A stretch of 64,000 nt of DNA, taken from contig SVAW01000003.1 of the NCBI GenBank assembly GCA_015059195.1, positions 30,445 through 94,444 on the forward strand, given 5' to 3'. A model generated the notes under the pieces. The model was not told where the DNA came from and searched no databases. It saw only the letters and a program-made list of their open reading frames with translations. This DNA is from Bacillota bacterium. Lineage in GTDB: Bacteria > Bacillota_I > Bacilli_A > RF39 > UBA660. Below, in pieces: positions 50,181-58,787 of this stretch; within the stretch, counting starts at the first letter, position 1, and each line of letters starts with the position of its first letter. Position numbers and translations under genes: made by a program.

Positions 50181-51116
50181 CTAAATTGAAAGCATTATAA
50201 CCGGTCTAATACCAAAAGCATCGACAGTGTCAACAGGCACAATTTCAATATACTTAGCATAAGTAATAACAAACGCATAGTTATTATAAGGCGTAGATGT
50301 CCAATAGCCAAATATTGAATTACCCCACGCAGTATTATTTGGCCAACTCGTCAACCACAAAGCCCCAAGCGAAATCATATTAGTATACTCGTCTCCAATT
50401 TCATCTGTTGACCTCCCAGCAGCTGCTAGAAGTTGTGCCACACTAGGTATTCCAATTTGATTTCTATATAATTTGGACCATGCTAAGGCTATTTCATTTA
50501 GTTTAGCATCTAATCCATTAGCATTACACGAACTATTATTACCACTCGCACACCAACTTGGAGTTGTTGTATCATAGTTTCCTTCTAATATTAATGTTGC
50601 TGGTTTGCTACTTGTTCCTGCTTCTAATACATAGAATGTTCTATCTCCATCTCCTAAGTCACATGTATACTTTGCTCCTACAACATTTGGAGTTGCTGAT
50701 TGTAAACCACATACATCTAATAGTTTTGCCAACTCTTTTACAGAAGCTACTCCATCTTCAAAAGTAACAGTATAATCTCCTACATTGATTGAAGTATTTC
50801 CTTTAACTACTTGTCCATCTTTAATTTCAATACTTCCTCCGTTTGGTTTTGTTCCACTTAATTCAACATCACCAAAACTTAAGTTCCCATCTGTTCCGAT
50901 TGTGTATGTGTTATCTTCTACTATTTCTCCATCTAATCCTTTTGTTGCGATTAATGTCTCTACTGCTTTAATATAATTATCTGCACTTCTTTCTGCTGCT
51001 CCTTTTTGTGCATTACTAATTACATTCATTACTATTGGTGTTGCGATTAACGCTATTATTGCTAGTACTACTATTACCGCTAGTAATTCAATTAGTGTAA
51101 ATCCATATTTTTTCAT
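50181..51116 (-). CDS. prepilin-type N-terminal domain protein fused to DUF1566/Fib_succ_major-like (lectin-like) C-terminal domain
   Basis: N-terminal MKKYGFTLIELLAVIVVLAIIALIA (type IV pilin cleavage/methylation motif G-FTLIE plus hydrophobic helix). C-terminal Trp/Tyr-rich ...GYWTSTP...AFGIRPV pattern. Confidence 0.65.
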   Translation of the reverse strand: MKKYGFTLIELLAVIVVLAIIALIATPIVMNVISNAQKGAAERSADNYIKAVETLIATKGLDGEIVEDNTYTIGTDGNLSFGDVELSGTKPNGGSIEIKDGQVVKGNTSINVGDYTVTFEDGVASVKELAKLLDVCGLQSATPNVVGAKYTCDLGDGDRTFYVLEAGTSSKPATLILEGNYDTTTPSWCASGNNSSCNANGLDAKLNEIALAWSKLYRNQIGIPSVAQLLAAAGRSTDEIGDEYTNMISLGALWLTSWPNNTAWGNSIFGYWTSTPYNNYAFVITYAKYIEIVPVDTVDAFGIRPVIMLSI

Positions 51117-51217
51117 TTTTCTCTCCTCCTATTTTCATATCTAGTATATATTATTTTGTATATTTTTATTTTGAATTATACAACATGTATATACCACTTT
51201 ACATTTTTTAACAAGGC

Positions 51218-51278
51218 ATACAAAAAAACACGAAAACAAATTTTAGAATGATGGATTTTCTAAAATTCTTTCGTGTTT
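51218..51278 (-). terminator. long hairpin terminator after FAD-oxidoreductase gene
   Basis: Minus strand: AAACACGAAAG...UUUCGUGUUU 10-bp outer stem plus a 9-bp inner stem, followed by U7. Confidence 0.55.
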
Positions 51279-51314
51279 ATTTATTTCTTTTATTATAGTA
51301 TGGTTACTTAAATA

Positions 51315-51324
51315 CCCCCCCCCC
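51315..51324. repeat. C10/G10 homopolymer tract
   Basis: Ten consecutive C residues in an AT-rich intergenic/3'-UTR region. Confidence 0.9.
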
Positions 51325-51394
51325 AGGTGGTTTGTTGAATTAAATTTTGTACTTACTCTAACCATACTATCTTACTCCCTTGTCTATTTTAATT

Positions 51395-52861
51395 TTATAG
51401 TCTTATGTTCATTTTGTCAACAGTATTTGACAGTATTCGTGCCATTTTGACACCAGAACATGATGCCATCATAAGCCCAGTAGTTAATCCGCCACCATCT
51501 CCAATTGAATAAAGGCCTTCAATGTTAGTCATAAAATTTTTATCTAATACTACCTCATTACTATAAAACTTTATCTCAGGGCCATATAAAAGGTTATCTG
51601 GATTGGCAAATCCTTCAACCACTTTATCAACGTCTTTAATAAATTGTAAAAGATTAGTCATTGTTCTATAACCAAATCCAGCAGTTAAATCCCCAGGAAT
51701 CGCCGCTTTTAAAGTGGCAACTACTGAATTATTTTCTAATTTTTCTTTTGTTGTACCTTTTCCTTCAAAAATATCACCCAGTCTTTGTACTATTATAGAA
51801 TTACCACCTAACCTATTTACATTTTCAGCTATATTTTCACCAAATTCAATTGGTTTATCAAATGGATAATCAAACTTGTGAGAAACCAAAATTGCTAGAT
51901 TAGTATTAGTGCTTTTTCTTCCCTTATAAGAGTGCCCGTTCACTAAAGTTAAATTATTATCATATACTTCTGCCGATACAAAACCACTGGGATTTTGACA
52001 AAAGGTACGCACTTTATCTTTATAAGGGAGTGGTCTACCAATAAACTTACCCTCATACATATATTCATTAATCTTAGACATAACTTTATCAGAAAGTTCA
52101 TATCTAACCCCGATGTCTATATTCCCAATTTTAGTCTTAATATCATATTTATGGCACATATCACTAAGCCATGAGGCTCCTTTTCTACCCACTGCTAAAA
52201 CTACTTTATCACTATATATTTCTTGTATTTTATTCTCGTTTATATTTCTAGTAACTACTCCTTTAACAACATTATCCTCTATTATTAAATCTTTAACTTC
52301 AGTTTCAAATAACATATTGATGCCGTGTTCTAATAAGTATTTTTGGATTTGGCCATATAATATGTGAGCTTTTTCCGTGCCCAAATGTCTAATAGGATAA
52401 GAAACTAAATCTATATTATGTTCACTAGCTTTTACTTGTAACTTTTCAATTTCGTCTAAATAATCTATGCCATGTAGTTTGGGATCCGCCCCAAACTTTA
52501 AATAAACATCATCTGTATAAGTAAGTAAACTATGTATTTCTTCCTGAGTCATATACTCTTTAAAATATCCACCGTCATTACCGCCTAAATAAATATTGCC
52601 ATCTTTATCTTTTGAAGACAAGTGATATGAATTTAACTTTCCATCCGAAAATGCGCCTGCACCACTAAAACCACAGGTAATATTACAATATGGCTTACAG
52701 TTAACACACTTACCTACTTGCTCTACTGGGCAATTTCTTTTCTCTACCGATTTTCCTTGATCAATTAATAAAATATTTTTATAATTATTTAATTGAATCA
52801 ATTCATACGCTAAAAAGGCAGCACTAGGCCCCATTCCTACAACAATTAAATCATACTTCAT
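51395..52861 (-). CDS. FAD-dependent oxidoreductase (NAD(FAD)-utilizing dehydrogenase family)
   Basis: N-terminal dinucleotide-binding motif DLIVVGMGPSAAFLAYEL and C-terminal GDGGGLTTG. Start placed at the internal Met preceding the Rossmann motif. Confidence 0.7.
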   Translation of the reverse strand: MKYDLIVVGMGPSAAFLAYELIQLNNYKNILLIDQGKSVEKRNCPVEQVGKCVNCKPYCNITCGFSGAGAFSDGKLNSYHLSSKDKDGNIYLGGNDGGYFKEYMTQEEIHSLLTYTDDVYLKFGADPKLHGIDYLDEIEKLQVKASEHNIDLVSYPIRHLGTEKAHILYGQIQKYLLEHGINMLFETEVKDLIIEDNVVKGVVTRNINENKIQEIYSDKVVLAVGRKGASWLSDMCHKYDIKTKIGNIDIGVRYELSDKVMSKINEYMYEGKFIGRPLPYKDKVRTFCQNPSGFVSAEVYDNNLTLVNGHSYKGRKSTNTNLAILVSHKFDYPFDKPIEFGENIAENVNRLGGNSIIVQRLGDIFEGKGTTKEKLENNSVVATLKAAIPGDLTAGFGYRTMTNLLQFIKDVDKVVEGFANPDNLLYGPEIKFYSNEVVLDKNFMTNIEGLYSIGDGGGLTTGLMMASCSGVKMARILSNTVDKMNIRL

Positions 52862-52939
52862 ACAATCACTACTTTCCATACATTTATATTGTATCAAATC
52901 AAAAAATAATAGTAAAGAAAAAGAACATCAATGATGTTC

Positions 52940-53239
52940 TTATGCACTAACTTTTTCTTCGTAAATACTTACTTGTTTTTTATCTTTTCCGACTCTCTCA
53001 AATTTTACATATCCTGCAACTTTTGCGTATAAAGTATCATCTGATCCAATACCAACATTGTTTCCTGGATAAACTTTTGTACCACGTTGGCGATATAAAA
53101 TTGATCCACCTGATACATATTCTCCATCAGCAGCTTTTGCCCCTAGACGTTTTGAAATTGAATCACGACCGTTCTTAGTAGAACCTTGTCCTTTTTTATG
53201 AGCAAATAACTGAATATTTAATTGCATTAATTTTAACAT
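52940..53239 (-). CDS. rpmA: 50S ribosomal protein L27 (with Firmicute N-terminal propeptide)
   Basis: [17 protein letters not shown]...[14 protein letters not shown] 9 nt upstream of ATG 53239. Confidence 0.9.
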   Translation of the reverse strand: MLKLMQLNIQLFAHKKGQGSTKNGRDSISKRLGAKAADGEYVSGGSILYRQRGTKVYPGNNVGIGSDDTLYAKVAGYVKFERVGKDKKQVSIYEEKVSA

Positions 53240-53252
53240 AAAGAGCACCTCC

Positions 53253-53558
53253 TTATTTTATAATTTTTATATAATTTTTATAATCATTAGCAAGTTCACT
53301 TAATAATTCCACCATATTGAAAATTAATGTATCTATAACTTCGCTATGGGAATTTACCTCAACCTTTAACATTCCATCTGCTTCCTTATATTCAATCGCA
53401 TTATTATCAAGTCTTACTATCGCATTCACAGTAGTAATACAAATACTTGAAACAGATGCACATACGATATCACTGCCAGCTTCGCTATAACCAGAATGTC
53501 CAGTTACAGAGATAGACTCAATAATATCATTATTTTTAACTACTTGTACTTTTATCAT
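53253..53558 (-). CDS. prp: ribosomal-processing cysteine protease Prp
   Basis: 101 aa between rplU and rpmA, with [18 protein letters not shown] (catalytic His/Cys region). Confidence 0.8.
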   Translation of the reverse strand: MIKVQVVKNNDIIESISVTGHSGYSEAGSDIVCASVSSICITTVNAIVRLDNNAIEYKEADGMLKVEVNSHSEVIDTLIFNMVELLSELANDYKNYIKIIK

Positions 53559-53559
53559 A

Positions 53560-53862
53560 TTAGATATTCTTAATATTTTTAATTTCTACTTTAGTATAAG
53601 GTTGACGGTGTCCTTGTGTTCTACGATAGTTTTTCTTTTGGTTATATTTAAACACTTTAATTTTTTTAGCTTTTCCGTGTTTAACTACTTCACCTTCAAC
53701 TAAAACTTTAGTTAAATAAGGATGTCCAGTTACTCCATTAACCATTAACACTTTGTCAAACTTAACAGTTTCTCCTGGAGCTGCGTCAATTTTTTCTACA
53801 TAAAGAACTGTTCCTTCTTCAACGTAATATTGTTTTCCTCCAGTTTCAATAATAGCTTTCAT
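53560..53862 (-). CDS. rplU: 50S ribosomal protein L21
   Basis: [17 protein letters not shown]... canonical L21. Confidence 0.9.
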   Translation of the reverse strand: MKAIIETGGKQYYVEEGTVLYVEKIDAAPGETVKFDKVLMVNGVTGHPYLTKVLVEGEVVKHGKAKKIKVFKYNQKKNYRRTQGHRQPYTKVEIKNIKNI

Positions 53863-53960
53863 ATTTACCTCCTTTATTTCTAAGACTCGCCATTAAGGTA
53901 CTTACGTTTTAAACCTTTTTCTGTGCGGTTGTAGAGTGAGGCTCTACACAATTAAAGATT
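53863..53960 (-). promoter_or_regulatory. L21 leader (ribosomal-protein autoregulatory leader) candidate
   Basis: Structured about 95-nt 5' leader with hairpin UGUAGAG-ccucac-UCUACA immediately upstream of rplU, as in the Firmicute L21 leader. Confidence 0.45.
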
Positions 53961-54677
53961 TTACCATACTTTTCCTTGTAAGTCAAACCTTTTTCTAATA
54001 ATTTCCTTTTCAGTATAAGATTTTTTTTGATAATAAAAAATATGCTTATAATCTCGTCTCATTTTTTTTAAATTTAAGTTGTAAACTTTTTTAATTTTAT
54101 GAAAATTACTAATGTTCATATATCTTTCTAACAAAAATCTATTAAATACATAATCTAAAATCTTAACATTGTCTATCGTTTTAATTAAAAGAAAAATCAT
54201 AGTTAAAAGAAGCATTAGATTATGAGTAAATACCGTATAAATAAGAAAAATGAACATAACTATCAAGGAAACAATATTTGTTAGCTTCATACTAACATAA
54301 AATGAAAAAAACTTACTAAATAATAAATTTAGCAGTTTTGAACCATCTAGCGGTACTATCGGAAGCAAATTAAAGATTAACAAGCTATAATGGATTGATG
54401 ATATATTCCAAAAACTTAAAGTTAAAAAATAATAAATTATTTGGAAGATTGGCCCCGCTATACATACCAAAAATTCTTCCATTATGGGTCTATTAATGCA
54501 TTCCTGAAATATAGTTAGCCCACCAAAAGGTAAAACAAGTATCTTTTCAATCTTCCATTTAAATATTAACCCCATTACGATGTGCCCACACTCATGGAAT
54601 AATATGATGGATGTAAATAACGCAAACTGATTAAAATTTCCTGTTAAAGCAGAAATAAATATAACTAAATAAAACAA
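53961..54677 (-). CDS. spoIVFB: site-2 protease family (M50) membrane metalloprotease, SpoIVFB-like
   Basis: HEXXH motif in TM helix (ILFHECGHIVMG) plus LDG motif (IVPLDGSKL). Position upstream of rplU as in B. subtilis. Confidence 0.7.
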   Translation of the reverse strand: MFYLVIFISALTGNFNQFALFTSIILFHECGHIVMGLIFKWKIEKILVLPFGGLTIFQECINRPIMEEFLVCIAGPIFQIIYYFLTLSFWNISSIHYSLLIFNLLPIVPLDGSKLLNLLFSKFFSFYVSMKLTNIVSLIVMFIFLIYTVFTHNLMLLLTMIFLLIKTIDNVKILDYVFNRFLLERYMNISNFHKIKKVYNLNLKKMRRDYKHIFYYQKKSYTEKEIIRKRFDLQGKVW

Positions 54678-54696
54678 AGGATGAATTTTAGTTTTA

Positions 54697-55242
54697 TTAA
54701 ATATATTTTTGATAATCTAACACTTCTCCATCTCGTTTAAACAATAAATATAATTCTCCGGTGCTTACTTCACCTAATAAATCTCCTTGATTAACGTAGT
54801 CATACATACTTACGTTAATATTATCCATGTGTCCATACCAAACATCAATTCCATTTGATTGTTGAATAATAATAGTGTTTCCATAGTTTTCCTTTTCGCC
54901 AATAAACACAATCAGTCCTTTATCCAAAGCAGGCACTAAGTAATTATCTTCTACCATGAGTTTTACTCCATCCATATATTTATGAGAATCATTATATTTT
55001 AATTGTTCATTAAAAACCGCACTTGTATTATCAAATAAATTTTCAAAAGGCAAAGAAGAACCAATATATTTCTTATATACATCATTTATAAAAGCAAAAG
55101 AAAAATTTTTTTCGTATACATTAGTATAAAAAATGTTTTTAAAATTAGGAAATGCCTTAAATAGTATTAAATTTACTAACACTAAAATAACACATATGCA
55201 TATTTTACTTATCTCTTTAAATAAAAAGTTGCTTTTTTTCAT
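54697..55242 (-). CDS. membrane-anchored degenerate M23/LytM-domain protein, SpoIVFA-like
   Basis: N-terminal TM segment; C-terminal LytM-like region (VWYGHMDNI...GDLLGEV). Start placed at ATG 55242 after AGGTGA. Gene order matches spoIVFA-spoIVFB. Confidence 0.5.
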   Translation of the reverse strand: MKKSNFLFKEISKICICVILVLVNLILFKAFPNFKNIFYTNVYEKNFSFAFINDVYKKYIGSSLPFENLFDNTSAVFNEQLKYNDSHKYMDGVKLMVEDNYLVPALDKGLIVFIGEKENYGNTIIIQQSNGIDVWYGHMDNINVSMYDYVNQGDLLGEVSTGELYLLFKRDGEVLDYQKYI

Positions 55243-55285
55243 CTTTTCACCTATCAAAAAATATGTTTTAAAAAAAGATTTAGAA

Positions 55286-55780
55286 CTATCTAAATCTTCG
55301 TATTTCAAATTTAGAACCAATAAATAGTGAGGTATAATATATTACTATGACATATAATATATTTACAATTAATGAAGAATATATGCCTTTTATCCATAAC
55401 CAAAAATTTAAACTTAAATATCCCGCTAAACTAAGTACTAAAAATGTTATGGTTCTGTATATGATTATCAGTAATATAGTAATAAGAATATTATTAATTA
55501 TATTAACTGAAAAGTTTTTAAAAAAATATTTAATTAAATAGGGAAATAATAAAAATGATCCGATATTTAAAAAGATAGTATTCATATAAACAACATCATA
55601 TACTATTCCTAAACAAAAAGATATTATCAAATATCTATTAAATTGATGTTCTTTAAATAAAGGATAAATTAGAATTAATGATACTAAAGTAAATAGCGGA
55701 AATAATAAGCTATTATTTGAGATTAATGATAAAAATACATAATCTAATAATAGCGAAACAAATAAAATTATGTATATCAT
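55286..55780 (-). CDS. mreD: rod shape-determining protein MreD
   Basis: 164-aa polytopic membrane protein immediately downstream of mreC (4-nt overlap). Confidence 0.6.
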   Translation of the reverse strand: MIYIILFVSLLLDYVFLSLISNNSLLFPLFTLVSLILIYPLFKEHQFNRYLIISFCLGIVYDVVYMNTIFLNIGSFLLFPYLIKYFFKNFSVNIINNILITILLIIIYRTITFLVLSLAGYLSLNFWLWIKGIYSSLIVNILYVIVIYYTSLFIGSKFEIRRFR

Positions 55781-56637
55781 AAATCAACATTCCTTTTTAA
55801 AACTGTTACTACAGTAAAGTTATCAAAATCAACACTGGGTGCCACTTCAACCACTACAGACAAATCATAGCTATCTGCTTTAACACCAACTACTGTTCCT
55901 ACAAGAATACCATCAGGAAAAATATCTCCCATACCTGTAGTTGTAACTATATCCCCTATTTCTAATTTGTCTGTTCTAGAAATACCTTCTATTTGATAAG
56001 TATTGTTTTTATAATTATAGCCATTCATCAGTCCATAGATATATTCTTCACCAGATTGAATTTTAACTGATGTTTTCATAATGTTTAGACTAGTTAATAA
56101 TCTCACTACACTATTAAAATTACTAACTGATATGATTTTCCCAATCAAGCCTTGAGACGTTATCACAGGCATTCCTTCTACAATTCCATCTTTTAATCCT
56201 TTGTCGATTGTAATTTCTTCGCGCCAATAATCAATATTACGATTAACTACTACTGCGTTCATAACTAACTTTTCACTTAACAAGTTATTTATCTCTAGTG
56301 TTCGTTTTAACTCCTCTATTTCCTTTTTTAATGTCTCTTTTTCTGCATATAATAAATCATATTGTTCTACTTTATTTTTTAATTTCAAATTATCTTCATA
56401 CAGTCTTTTTTGCTCATTAAACTCATCTATTTTATTACTAATAAAATTAATTGGCGCATTTACCAAATTACCCAAAAATAAATATCCATCTTTTATAAGA
56501 GATTCAAACACCAATGTTTTTCTATCTATATTAACAACAAAAACTGATAAACCGATCAAACATATAGCAATACCAATAATAAAAACCGTCTTAATATTCT
56601 TAAACTTTTTCTTCCCTTTAAACATATTATCACCCAT
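55777..56637 (-). CDS. mreC: rod shape-determining protein MreC
   Basis: N-terminal TM segment, coiled-coil region, C-terminal beta-rich domain (GDIVTTTGMGDIFPDGILVG). Confidence 0.8.
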   Translation of the reverse strand: MGDNMFKGKKKFKNIKTVFIIGIAICLIGLSVFVVNIDRKTLVFESLIKDGYLFLGNLVNAPINFISNKIDEFNEQKRLYEDNLKLKNKVEQYDLLYAEKETLKKEIEELKRTLEINNLLSEKLVMNAVVVNRNIDYWREEITIDKGLKDGIVEGMPVITSQGLIGKIISVSNFNSVVRLLTSLNIMKTSVKIQSGEEYIYGLMNGYNYKNNTYQIEGISRTDKLEIGDIVTTTGMGDIFPDGILVGTVVGVKADSYDLSVVVEVAPSVDFDNFTVVTVLKRNVDL

Positions 56638-56644
56638 TATTATC

Positions 56645-57328
56645 CTAAATACTCATTAAACCGTTTTCTAAAAAACTATAATATTCATCACTACCTATAA
56701 TAATATGATCTATTACTCTAATACCAATTAATTTACCAATTTCTATTAACCTATTTGTTAGTTCTTTGTCATCACGACTAGGGAATATATATCCGCTAGG
56801 ATGATTGTGAACACAAATTATAGAAGATGCGCTTAATAACAGAGCTTCCTTAAACACTTCTCTTGGGTGCACTAGGCTTTGATTAACAGTTCCAATAAAT
56901 AATAGTTTTACTTCTAATACTTTCTTTCTATTATCTAAATATACGCAATAAAAATATTCTTGCTTCACCCCATAAAATAAATTATTAAAATATGAAAAAA
57001 CAGCCTCGGCATTGGTTATTTGAATATTACGCAAATTGTTTTGTTCATTTTTAATTCTTTTACCAAGTTCAATTGCAGTTAAAATTGAACATGCTTTAGC
57101 ATCTCCTATTCCTTTTATTTTTCGCAAGAAATGGTAATTTACTTCTCCTAATTTACCAATTGAACCGACTTCTTTCAAAAGACTATTTGATAACTCTTTT
57201 ACAGACGAATTTTTATTTCCGGTTTTTAATAAAATTGATAATAACTCTTCGTTATTCAATTGTTCAACTCCTAGTGAAATTAACCTTTCTCTAGGTCTTT
57301 CTTCTTTCGGTATATCTTTAATTGTCAC
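56645..57328 (-). CDS. radC: RadC-family JAMM-motif protein
   Basis: HhH region and JAMM motif HNHPSG...S..D. Confidence 0.85.
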   Translation of the reverse strand: MTIKDIPKEERPRERLISLGVEQLNNEELLSILLKTGNKNSSVKELSNSLLKEVGSIGKLGEVNYHFLRKIKGIGDAKACSILTAIELGKRIKNEQNNLRNIQITNAEAVFSYFNNLFYGVKQEYFYCVYLDNRKKVLEVKLLFIGTVNQSLVHPREVFKEALLLSASSIICVHNHPSGYIFPSRDDKELTNRLIEIGKLIGIRVIDHIIIGSDEYYSFLENGLMSI

Positions 57329-57785
57329 TTCTTAACACCAACTCCTCATACTTATTTAAAACTTGACTACACACTGTACCAATTACTTCTTTATCACTAG
57401 TTTCTTTTAGTAAGATATCATATTGTTCTAAAACTGTAATAAAATCATCATTGTTAATATTAATTTGCTTTACATAAGTAGTATACCCTTTATCTTTATA
57501 ATATCCTTTTATTTTCTCCATATTTTCTTCTAAAAAAGTTATTCCTATATAAACATAATATTTTTCATTATCTACCATATATATATAATATGGAAATGAT
57601 AATACATTATCTTCCATACTTTCTTTAGAAGAATAAACTCCTTGTTGAATAAAATATGCATATTTACTACTACTTATAGTAGGAATAATTTTCCCTTCAA
57701 AATTATATTGATTCAGTACAAACCTCCCTAAAATTAATCCAGTTATTAAAGCTATAAAAGTGGGCATCATATATTTTTTTATCAT
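57318..57785 (-). CDS. hypothetical membrane-anchored protein
   Basis: 155 aa with an N-terminal TM segment; overlaps radC by 11 nt. No recognisable motif. Confidence 0.45.
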   Translation of the reverse strand: MIKKYMMPTFIALITGLILGRFVLNQYNFEGKIIPTISSSKYAYFIQQGVYSSKESMEDNVLSFPYYIYMVDNEKYYVYIGITFLEENMEKIKGYYKDKGYTTYVKQININNDDFITVLEQYDILLKETSDKEVIGTVCSQVLNKYEELVLRSDN

Positions 57786-57832
57786 ATTATCACCGACTAT
57801 ATTATTTCACACTTCTTTTAAATTTTTTGTCG

Positions 57833-57866
57833 AAAAAAAGGGAAACCGTAGCACTACAAGTTTCCC
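57833..57866 (-). terminator. strong hairpin + U-run (orphan terminator/attenuator) upstream of the hypothetical gene
   Basis: Minus strand: GGGAAAC-N13-GUUUCCC (7-bp GC-rich stem) followed by UUUUUUU. Confidence 0.45.
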
Positions 57867-57985
57867 AGCGTATTAACTAATTAATACACTACTAATTTAT
57901 GTAAAAATTAAATAATTATGTAAAAAAAATTGACAAAACATTAAATTAATAATAAAATACTTACTATTAAAGGGGGATTTGTAAA

Positions 57986-58777
57986 ATGAAGGAGTTTATT
58001 AAAAAGTATTGGGACAATTTTAAAACTGAAGGTAAAAAGAATTTTCAAGATTTAAAAAGTATAAAAACGGCATATAAACAAGTACCTAATATTTTAACAA
58101 TATCTAGATTGCTTGCGACTATTCCAATCAATATTCTATATTTTACAGGTAACTTTGCTGCCGCATTAATTACTTGTGGCGTTGCAGCACTCACAGATCT
58201 TGTAGACGGACCATTTGCCCGCAAATTTAACTGTAGTTCTAAATTTGGAGCAGATCTAGATGCAATATGTGATAAAGTATTTATATTAGGTATGGCTTTA
58301 CCAATAATAATTCAAAATCCATTTATGTTATTAAATTTAGGATTAGAAGTTGGTATTATTGGTACAAATGTAAAAGCGGTTAAAAATAAGCAGGCGGTAA
58401 AATCTGAAATGATTGGAAAAATAAAAACAGTCATTCTATCAACAACAGTAGTAGCAAGTTATTTACTTCCAATTCTAAATGTTAATCTAGGTTTATTAAC
58501 ATCGCTTTTAATTACAACACCAGCTCTTGCATTTCAAATTGCCACTTTAGGAACTTATATGAAAATTAATCAAGAAAATAAAGAAATTATTTTAGAAGAA
58601 AGTGTGGAAGAGACTAAAGAGGTAATAGCTATAGAAGAACATAAGGAGCCAGTAAAACAACTAGAAAAAACATTTACACAACCAGCTAGTATTGAAGAAT
58701 TAAGAAAAGAAAGAGAAAAACTATTACAAGTCCAAGACGAAAAAGGACATCAAAAAACAAAGACAGATTTAAAATAA
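57986..58777 (+). CDS. CDP-alcohol phosphatidyltransferase family protein with charged C-terminal tail
   Basis: D-G-x2-A-R-x8-G-x3-D-x3-D motif (DLVDGPFARKFNCSSKFGADLDAICD). Promoter TTGACA-17-TAAAAT at about 57940-57968. Confidence 0.75.
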   Translation: MKEFIKKYWDNFKTEGKKNFQDLKSIKTAYKQVPNILTISRLLATIPINILYFTGNFAAALITCGVAALTDLVDGPFARKFNCSSKFGADLDAICDKVFILGMALPIIIQNPFMLLNLGLEVGIIGTNVKAVKNKQAVKSEMIGKIKTVILSTTVVASYLLPILNVNLGLLTSLLITTPALAFQIATLGTYMKINQENKEIILEESVEETKEVIAIEEHKEPVKQLEKTFTQPASIEELRKEREKLLQVQDEKGHQKTKTDLK

Positions 58778-58787
58778 TCTGTCTTTT

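Noticed and set aside
51117-51330. Poly-C tract as a phase-variation switch in the pilin-like gene promoter.
   Set aside because: The tract lies upstream of a strong minus-strand terminator (51218-51278) that separates it from the pilin-like gene, so it is more likely in the 3' UTR of the oxidoreductase gene. Kept only as a homopolymer observation.
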